Origin: a virus | Strand: one strand, 5' to 3' | DNA length: 64,000 nt | Virus record (IMG/VR): IMGVR_UViG_3300034418_009484 | Coordinates: 1 to 64,000 of that record | Part shown: in pieces, positions 57,457 to 64,000 of the stretch | How the letters are laid out: every line of letters begins with the position of its first letter | Numbering within the stretch: the stretch's first letter is position 1 | The notes under the pieces: model-generated | What the model was told of the DNA's origin: nothing | The model's input: the letters and a program-made list of their open reading frames with translations, nothing else | Databases searched by the model: none | Position numbers and translations under genes: made by a program

Positions 57457-58050
57457 TTACCAGTTAGTTTTTGCTTTATATTCATCTTGAACTGGGTCTG
57501 GGCTACCATCCCTATAGACTAATTCGCCTGGAATAGCCTGCGATGGATTAGCAGAGTTATCTGTTCCAGAGGTAGCGAGTGTTGCTGATGTATCTCCAGT
57601 AAGTGAGATATCCCATCCGCCTGCATCGCCTACAGTAACAGCAGGACTAAATACTCCTGAGTATTCATTCCAACCACCTGTTCTAACAGCAGTCTTATAA
57701 TAGTAAGTGCTAATATTTTGCATTTGATGAATAGAATCACTAGCATTAGCCGAATTTGAAGCGCCTGCAAGTAATACATTATTTGAAACGCCAGCAAGGT
57801 CGGTTGTTACTCTTACAATAACTTGATCTCCAGCATTAAAAGCACCACCAGCAAGTGGAGATTCAACATCTGAAAGACCAGAAACAACAGTAATATAAGT
57901 TGATCGACCTAAATTTACTGCATCTGAAACAAATTTTGTATCTGTAACTGTACCAGCCGCTCTAATCGTTCCAACGTCATTGTTTCCGCTAGAAGGTAAA
58001 CCATTAACCAACACATCATCTGCGCCAGTTGAAATATTCCAATTTGACAT
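57457..58050 (-). CDS. Putative virion structural protein
   Basis: ATG at 58050 preferred. G/A/S/T-rich composition like the + arm genes; C-terminal AIPGELVY. Confidence 0.5.
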   Translation of the reverse strand: MSNWNISTGADDVLVNGLPSSGNNDVGTIRAAGTVTDTKFVSDAVNLGRSTYITVVSGLSDVESPLAGGAFNAGDQVIVRVTTDLAGVSNNVLLAGASNSANASDSIHQMQNISTYYYKTAVRTGGWNEYSGVFSPAVTVGDAGGWDISLTGDTSATLATSGTDNSANPSQAIPGELVYRDGSPDPVQDEYKAKTNW

Positions 58051-58112
58051 AATAAAACCCTTTATCAAATTGATTTTAAATTCCTAAAGATCCAACAAAT
58101 AAAATCCTATCC

Positions 58113-58742
58113 TTAATTATAATTACACCAAAAGTCTATATTGTATATTCTAATACCAAATATATTACTTCTTTTTAAGATATTTACTTGTTGTTCATTC
58201 CAAAAATAACCATTAAAAATAGTATTAATATTAACTTTTTTTTCAATTATTTTGCAGTTTATTAAAGTATCTACGAATTGTTCATGATGATAACCTATGG
58301 TTGGATAACAAAATTCAATTCCTAAATCGTTTAAATATTTTGCTGTTCCAACTATATCTTTACTAAGCCTATTGTCTATAAAAACTCTGAGAGTAGCATT
58401 ATAATCTCTACAAATATTTATTGCTGATTTTATTTCTTTTTCTAACTCTTTATGCTTTGATTGAAAAAGATAATTATTCATAACATAGTCAATTGATTTT
58501 ACCCCTCCTTTTACAGCATTTAATACAGAATGATTTTTTGTTTTTGTTGATGAATATCCAGATGGATAATCAATAGGCACGGAACAAACAACTGCTTCTG
58601 GTATAAAATTCTTAATTTCATGATACATATGTATAGGCAGACATACACCATTGACATTACTATCAATAGCTTTAAATACGAAAGAGAGTTCTTTGTTATA
58701 ATCTTCTATGTTTTTATTATAAACACAATATTCAATATACAT
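58113..58742 (-). CDS. Deoxyribose-phosphate aldolase (DeoC)-like protein, probably inactive
   Basis: GVCLP, IDYPSG..STKTK, AVKGGVKSIDYVMN match DeoC; the KVIxE and KTSTG motifs are replaced by RVFID and YPTIG. Confidence 0.6.
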   Translation of the reverse strand: MYIEYCVYNKNIEDYNKELSFVFKAIDSNVNGVCLPIHMYHEIKNFIPEAVVCSVPIDYPSGYSSTKTKNHSVLNAVKGGVKSIDYVMNNYLFQSKHKELEKEIKSAINICRDYNATLRVFIDNRLSKDIVGTAKYLNDLGIEFCYPTIGYHHEQFVDTLINCKIIEKKVNINTIFNGYFWNEQQVNILKRSNIFGIRIYNIDFWCNYN

Positions 58743-59350
58743 TATTTTACAATACCATCAATAAATCCATAATAAATAGCATCTTCTGGAGTCATATACC
58801 AGTCTCCATTATTCATCTTTCTTTTCAGATATGCTTTAGTTTTAGCTAAGTTATATCCTCTTTCTTTAAAGAACTGTCCCTTTTGAGATTTTTCTGAATA
58901 AATAGCTATCATTACTGACCCTAGATGTTTTTCAAAAGAGGCTAGATTTTGAGAACTTAGATAATGACCTCCTATGTCACTATTTCCCCAATGAACCATA
59001 AACGCAGAATTTTTAGTTAAAAGTCTTTTGTTTGCAGCTTGCATTATTATAGTACCCATAGAACAAACCTGAGAATATCCTATAATCGTTGTTTTACACT
59101 TTGAATTTTTTATTGCATCATATATTCCCATTCCAGAATACCAGCACCCTCCAACAGTTTGCAAGTGTATTGTTATAGGCTCTTTGTTTTGACCTTTAAG
59201 GAAATTTATATTCTTGACAAAGTTTTGAACCATTCTGTGGTCTACACCACCAGATTCTCCAGAATCATCGAATTCATTTATATAGATCTCCCTATTTTTT
59301 ACATCTATTCCATAAAGATGCAGTTCGCTTACGGTATCTCTCTGATTCAT
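58742..59350 (-). CDS. clpP: ClpP-like serine protease
   Basis: TVGG, CSMG (Ser), FMVH (His), DWYMTPEDAIYYGFIDGI. Confidence 0.85.
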   Translation of the reverse strand: MNQRDTVSELHLYGIDVKNREIYINEFDDSGESGGVDHRMVQNFVKNINFLKGQNKEPITIHLQTVGGCWYSGMGIYDAIKNSKCKTTIIGYSQVCSMGTIIMQAANKRLLTKNSAFMVHWGNSDIGGHYLSSQNLASFEKHLGSVMIAIYSEKSQKGQFFKERGYNLAKTKAYLKRKMNNGDWYMTPEDAIYYGFIDGIVK

Positions 59351-59361
59351 TATATCACCTA

Positions 59362-59820
59362 TTAGTTTGAAACAGAATCAATCAATGCCTTCTTTACTCC
59401 GTTCATTATTTCTCTATCTTCAAACATCATTCCAATCCCTAATCTAAATCTATAAGGCGTTAATATATCAATTGACTCTACACCTTTACAATTTTCTATA
59501 ATTTCATAATGTTTTTCTAATAATTTAAAATTACAATGTCCTACCCATAATTTAAAATGATTACTAGCCAAACTTTGTTCTGTTATAGGAAGTATCCCAA
59601 AAGGAGTCATTATTGTTTTATAAGGTTGCTCATAAAAATCTTCAATTAATTCTTCTTCTAAAAATTCTTCTTTAAATTCTTCAACAGTTTCCCTATATTT
59701 TTGTTTTACCTTTTCTGCTTCTTCATTATTATAAGCATCTACCCATGCTGACCAATAAATATCATAAGTATTAGGTTCTGGCAATGAAGAAAAATCGTTT
59801 TTTGCCATAACTGTCTCCAA
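59362..59820 (-). CDS. Hypothetical protein
   Basis: WVGHCNF...GVESIDILTPYRF; acidic N-terminus. Confidence 0.6.
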   Translation of the reverse strand: METVMAKNDFSSLPEPNTYDIYWSAWVDAYNNEEAEKVKQKYRETVEEFKEEFLEEELIEDFYEQPYKTIMTPFGILPITEQSLASNHFKLWVGHCNFKLLEKHYEIIENCKGVESIDILTPYRFRLGIGMMFEDREIMNGVKKALIDSVSN

Positions 59821-59864
59821 TTTTAAGTTAATAATAGTTATTACTAATGTAAATACACTAAATT

Positions 59865-60272
59865 TTACTTCATATCTTTAAAATTAAAAACCATAGAAGC
59901 GTTAACAGCAACTTTATTTTTATCATTTCTAGATATATCATTTAGGTTTTCTAAACACAAAGCAATTTTTTGATTATAAATTAATCTCTCTTCATCATCG
60001 GAAGCCCATTCTTCAATAGAGTTTGAAATAAAAGAATTTAAATTGCCCTCGCTTATGTGCAATATAATAAAAGATAAAACTTCGGCAGATTTATCAGAAA
60101 GGTCTTTTATATCAGACTCAACAAGAAAACTACCATCTTCTGCATCAAATTTTATTGATATTTGACCACTTTCATAAGAGCATTCTTCTTCTTGCTCTTC
60201 TTGTTCTTCTTGAACTATTTCTTTATTGTTAAAAAAAGATATGTTAAATATTTTATTAATAAAACTTTTCAT
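59865..60272 (-). CDS. Acidic hypothetical protein
   Basis: 135-aa ORF in operon. Confidence 0.55.
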   Translation of the reverse strand: MKSFINKIFNISFFNNKEIVQEEQEEQEEECSYESGQISIKFDAEDGSFLVESDIKDLSDKSAEVLSFIILHISEGNLNSFISNSIEEWASDDEERLIYNQKIALCLENLNDISRNDKNKVAVNASMVFNFKDMK

Positions 60273-60274
60273 TT

Positions 60275-61342
60275 TTAAGTTGAACCATCAAAATGAGTAC
60301 GATTTACCATAACTGCTTTAGAGCATTTTGACAAATCTTTTAGCGATGTTGCTCCAAGGTAGGCGCAACAACTTCTAAGTCCACCACATATTTCATTCAT
60401 TATATTTTTAACTGGTCCTTTATATGCAATTTTTTTAACCCTCCCCTCGCTTGCTTTATAATTAGCCATACCTCCATTATGTTTGTTCTGGGCTTTTTCT
60501 GAGGACATACCATAGAAAATCAAGCTTTTCTTTTCTAAGTTGGGCAAATATTCCCACTCACCTTCGCACTCGTCTGCTCCTGCCAGCATACCACCAAGCA
60601 TGACAAAATCTGAATTGGCAGCAAATGCCTTACAAACATCTGCCGGTATTCTACATCCTCCATCAGCACATATTAATCCCATTCTTTTCTCATCGCTTTT
60701 CAATCCATGAGCGGCATGACTACACTCTATTATAGCAGACAATTGAGGATATCCGACACCAGTTTTTAGTCTAGTAGTACAGGCTGATCCTGGCCCAATC
60801 CCAACTTTAACAATATCAACACCTCCATGCAGAATTAATTCGGAAACCATCTCTGGAGTACAAACATTTCCAGCCATAATAATCGGCTTAGAACCATAAT
60901 CAAATGAATTCCTTACATCTGAACACCATTCAACAAATTTTTCTGTATATCCGTTCGCAATATCAATGCAGATATTTGGACACCATCCCAACTTATAAAC
61001 TACTTCATTAACTTTTACTAGATCTTCTTTTTTCATCCCTATGCTCATCCAAACATTTGAACAGCAATCAGAATATTCATAAAAAGAAAGTATTTTTTCA
61101 GCAGTATAATGTTTATGTAAACAAGTTATTGCATTAAAATTCAACAATTCGGAACCCATTGAAAAAGTTCCAGTAGTATCCATATTGGCTGCCATGATTG
61201 GCAAACCATTCCATTCTTTGTTTGAATGAAAAAATTTATATGTTCTGTCAAGTTTTACATCTTTTCTGGATGCATTCGGACTTCTACTTGGAACCAATAG
61301 AATATCATCAAAATCTAATTTTATATCGTTTGAAATTTTCAT
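60275..61342 (-). CDS. guaC: GMP reductase
   Basis: KLDFDDILL, AANMDTTG, DIANGY, KVGIGPGSACTTR, GYPQLSA, FYGMSS, ASEG; no CBS domains. Confidence 0.9.
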   Translation of the reverse strand: MKISNDIKLDFDDILLVPSRSPNASRKDVKLDRTYKFFHSNKEWNGLPIMAANMDTTGTFSMGSELLNFNAITCLHKHYTAEKILSFYEYSDCCSNVWMSIGMKKEDLVKVNEVVYKLGWCPNICIDIANGYTEKFVEWCSDVRNSFDYGSKPIIMAGNVCTPEMVSELILHGGVDIVKVGIGPGSACTTRLKTGVGYPQLSAIIECSHAAHGLKSDEKRMGLICADGGCRIPADVCKAFAANSDFVMLGGMLAGADECEGEWEYLPNLEKKSLIFYGMSSEKAQNKHNGGMANYKASEGRVKKIAYKGPVKNIMNEICGGLRSCCAYLGATSLKDLSKCSKAVMVNRTHFDGST

Positions 61343-61896
61343 TATTGTCCAGAACTCCCAAATCCTTTTTTGCCTCTATCGCTATTAGAAAGCTCATCTA
61401 CCTCGACTAAATGAATGTCTGGAACTCTTTGAAATAAAATTTGAGCTATTCTATCTCCTTTTTTTATTGTAACACTTGGATCGTTTTCATCAGCAAACAA
61501 TTGTAATTGGTTATTTGTATTGTACAGACATACCATTATTTCGCCTCTATACCCAGAGTCAACAACTCCTGCTAGTACATCAAGACCCTTTTTTACAGAA
61601 AGTCCAGATCTAGGCCAAATCAAACCAACCCATTCGTCTGGTATTTGTAACGATATTCCAGTCTTAACTATTTTTCTTTGACCTCCAGCAATAACAACAT
61701 CTTCTGTTGAATACAAATCCCATCCAGCATCAGATAGATTTGATCTAGTTGGCATCTTAGATTCTTTTGATAATAATTTTGCCCTAACTTTTCTAGAAAA
61801 TTCATTAGCACCACTATCTATTCTTTTTAATTTATTAAGCATTTTAATGCTTTCATTCAATTGTTTTAGTCTCGCGTCATTATCTGGATGATTCAT
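61342..61896 (-). CDS. dut: Trimeric dUTPase
   Basis: AGWDL, PRSG, GVVDSGYRGEI, RIAQ, RGKKGFGSSG. Confidence 0.95.
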   Translation of the reverse strand: MNHPDNDARLKQLNESIKMLNKLKRIDSGANEFSRKVRAKLLSKESKMPTRSNLSDAGWDLYSTEDVVIAGGQRKIVKTGISLQIPDEWVGLIWPRSGLSVKKGLDVLAGVVDSGYRGEIMVCLYNTNNQLQLFADENDPSVTIKKGDRIAQILFQRVPDIHLVEVDELSNSDRGKKGFGSSGQ

Positions 61897-61899
61897 ATA

Positions 61900-62982
61900 T
61901 TATTCTCCAAAAATTATTTTTTTAACTTTATCGCTAGAATTTTTCCAAGACAATTCTTTGGAAGTTTCTATTCCATGTTGATTTACTTTAAAAGGGTTGT
62001 CTTTCCAAGAATTATACTCTGTTTTAAATGCATTAACTAATTGCTCATAAGAATTTCCTTCTAAGGATGCCCATGTTCCGTTATCTCCTATAAACCATTT
62101 TCCATCATAAATAGATTCTTCTTGTTCTATATCTATAAGATTACAATTTTGATTATTGCAAAATTCAGTATGAGCAGAATAATTCGTTGTAATTATTTGT
62201 TTACCCATAGCCATCATTTCTAAAATTTCTAGATTCCAACCTTCTGATCTTGCTGGAAAAACACCACAATAAACATTAGATATTATATCAGCCAGTTCTT
62301 CTTGCCATTGTACCCTTGGTATTAATTTAATTCTATCTTCTCTATATTTAGATTCCCAATAGCCTTTTTCTTCTTGATTTAGAAATGGATTTTCTGTCAT
62401 CATCCATAGTTCAACATCGTGGTTCATTGGAAAAGCATCTTTAAAAGCCCCGCATAAAACGTCATGACCTTTTCTTACTTCCCATTTACCGCAATTAAAG
62501 AAAATGCATTTAGAGGTATTTGGTTTATTTAATTGTTCATTGAAGATATTCCTATCAACACCGCAAGGAACAACATGCACATAAGAACCTACATATTTAT
62601 CAACTATTTCTTTAGCCCATTTTGATGATACAATAATTTCATCCGCAGATTGCAAATGACTTCTTCTTCTATTATCAAATTTATTTACTTCAAAAAAAGG
62701 CCAAGCAACAAACTTTCCTTTTCCAATCCTATCTGCCAATTGATTTTCATGCCAGATTTTTAATGTTGGTAGAGTAGCGTCAAATAGGTCTTGCTTTTGT
62801 ATTGAATCTTGCAGAAAAAACTTTTCACTATCTTGGATTAAGCATGGAGGTGAAACTTGATTAGCTATTGGAAACAATGTTGTATCAACATCTGGATCTG
62901 AATTTAGACTTTTCCATATATTGTATCCTACGACTCCATACCCTAAACTGTTTATAGGTGCATTTAAATTTAACTTATTCAT
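61900..62982 (-). CDS. GT4 glycosyltransferase
   Basis: LGYG, GKWEVRKGHD, SEGWNLEILEMMAMG. Confidence 0.85.
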   Translation of the reverse strand: MNKLNLNAPINSLGYGVVGYNIWKSLNSDPDVDTTLFPIANQVSPPCLIQDSEKFFLQDSIQKQDLFDATLPTLKIWHENQLADRIGKGKFVAWPFFEVNKFDNRRRSHLQSADEIIVSSKWAKEIVDKYVGSYVHVVPCGVDRNIFNEQLNKPNTSKCIFFNCGKWEVRKGHDVLCGAFKDAFPMNHDVELWMMTENPFLNQEEKGYWESKYREDRIKLIPRVQWQEELADIISNVYCGVFPARSEGWNLEILEMMAMGKQIITTNYSAHTEFCNNQNCNLIDIEQEESIYDGKWFIGDNGTWASLEGNSYEQLVNAFKTEYNSWKDNPFKVNQHGIETSKELSWKNSSDKVKKIIFGE

Positions 62983-63045
62983 TTATTTCCTAATAAAAAA
63001 AGATGCAATAAAAATTGCTATTGCTAATTCAATCATAGTTGCTCC

Positions 63046-63080
63046 AAAAAAAAATCCATGTGAACATTAGCCCACATGGA
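63046..63080 (-). terminator. Intrinsic terminator
   Basis: TCCATGTGGGC-taat-GTTCACATGGA followed by T9 on the - strand. Confidence 0.8.
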
Positions 63081-63109
63081 ATTATACTTTAGGATTCTGA
63101 ATTATGGAC

Positions 63110-63517
63110 TTAATTTTTAAGCCATTCTTTCATAAAAGAAGCATTTTTTGAACCAATGAATCTTTTAATTTCGTTCCATCTTTTTAATTTCTCACTCCAT
63201 GAATATTTAACAACTAAAGGAATAGTTGTTGGCTTTGAGTAGTCTATCCACATTTTAGTTGTTTTATCTTTTTTTTCAATATCTAAAATGTAGTATTTAA
63301 TTTTTTCCGACTCTACATACTCTTTCATTTCTTGAGATTTCATAATATTTTTTAATTGCCTACATGGACCACACCAGTCTGCACTAAATTGAATTACTAT
63401 CTCTTTTTTAATATCTTTTGAGTTTACTGGTTGTTCAGCACAACCTTTTTTACAGTTATTCCCACCACAACATGCCATGATTAATATCCCTAGAATCATT
63501 AATTTTTTTTTGAACAT
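63110..63517 (-). CDS. Thioredoxin-family protein with putative lipoprotein signal
   Basis: FSADWCGPC, cis-Pro TIP; N-terminal KKK + hydrophobic + LIMAC. Confidence 0.8.
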   Translation of the reverse strand: MFKKKLMILGILIMACCGGNNCKKGCAEQPVNSKDIKKEIVIQFSADWCGPCRQLKNIMKSQEMKEYVESEKIKYYILDIEKKDKTTKMWIDYSKPTTIPLVVKYSWSEKLKRWNEIKRFIGSKNASFMKEWLKN

Positions 63518-63518
63518 T

Positions 63519-63671
63519 TTACTTGCTCTTGTAAGGACAATGTTTACAATTATTATTACAACATTTTCCTCTTGACTTCAAGAACTTTTCCGTAAATACA
63601 ACTTTATTATCTACTATGTAGTAGTCTATATTTTCAATAAGCTTTTTATTATCTTGGACCTTGTTGACCAT
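63519..63671 (-). CDS. DUF5522-like Cys-rich small protein
   Basis: DYYI...VFTE.FL..RG.CC.N.C.HCPY; internal ATG at 63671 preferred. Confidence 0.7.
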   Translation of the reverse strand: MVNKVQDNKKLIENIDYYIVDNKVVFTEKFLKSRGKCCNNNCKHCPYKSK

Positions 63672-63939
63672 TATAAAAATTAAATGTTTGAACTTGAGGA
63701 ATGTGATAAAAACCATAATTTATTCCCATTCTAACATGCCTTCTATATGGATCAACATATACAGGACCGACATTCAAAGATGTTCCTTGAGGCAACCAAA
63801 CAACATAAGGTTGATAATAAACCCTGGGAGGATTATATCTGTAGTCATGGGGATGCTGATGATTTTGCCAAGGCCAATGAGCCTCTGCTGTAGCAGCAAA
63901 TAATAAAACGCCTAATAAACCAATAATTAAATTTCTCAT
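63649..63939 (-). CDS. Small secreted protein
   Basis: Signal peptide MRNLIIGLLGVLLFAATAEA; YQPYVVWLPQGTSLNV...RRHVRM. Confidence 0.7.
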   Translation of the reverse strand: MRNLIIGLLGVLLFAATAEAHWPWQNHQHPHDYRYNPPRVYYQPYVVWLPQGTSLNVGPVYVDPYRRHVRMGINYGFYHIPQVQTFNFYNGQQGPR

Positions 63940-64000
63940 ACAATCTCCTTTAAAATGTTTTTAGAATCTTCCTTGACTATATCATGCGGACGACCATCAA

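Noticed and set aside
1-64000. Alternative genetic code, tRNA or rRNA genes
   Set aside because: Genes tile densely under the standard code with TAA, TAG and TGA all used as stops; no cloverleaf or rRNA-like segment seen in the short intergenic gaps.

Overview
This window is part of the genome of a large, AT-rich, tailed dsDNA bacteriophage (standard genetic code; no tRNA, CRISPR array or integrase seen). It has two convergent arms meeting at a terminator near 28.35 kb. The + arm (1-28.3 kb) is a virion morphogenesis module: a tandem beta-helix adhesin-like protein, neck/tail-completion proteins, a probable tail tube protein, chaperones, a 3425-aa tape measure protein (TMP) and Cys-rich tail-tip proteins. 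The - arm (28.4-64 kb) carries a glycosyl/nucleotidyl-transferase island, a sigma factor, a DnaE-type polymerase split into two genes around a DEDDh exonuclease, dNMP kinase, primase, DnaB, RecA with a UvsY-like partner, a papain-peptidase/membrane-protein operon, class II ribonucleotide reductase, ClpP, GMP reductase, dUTPase and a lipoprotein thioredoxin. Most notable: (1) the TMP looks like a polyprotein in which a complete HAD phosphatase and a probable PD-(D/E)xK nuclease sit between repeated basic-x-x-x-GG motifs; (2) an intein-less split DnaE; (3) a candidate non-canonical lysis cassette; (4) a structured, possibly pseudoknotted leader upstream of nrdJ; (5) a recurring GGTGTA candidate phage promoter; (6) hints of a Planctomycetota host. 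All calls come from reading motifs by eye; no database searches were run.
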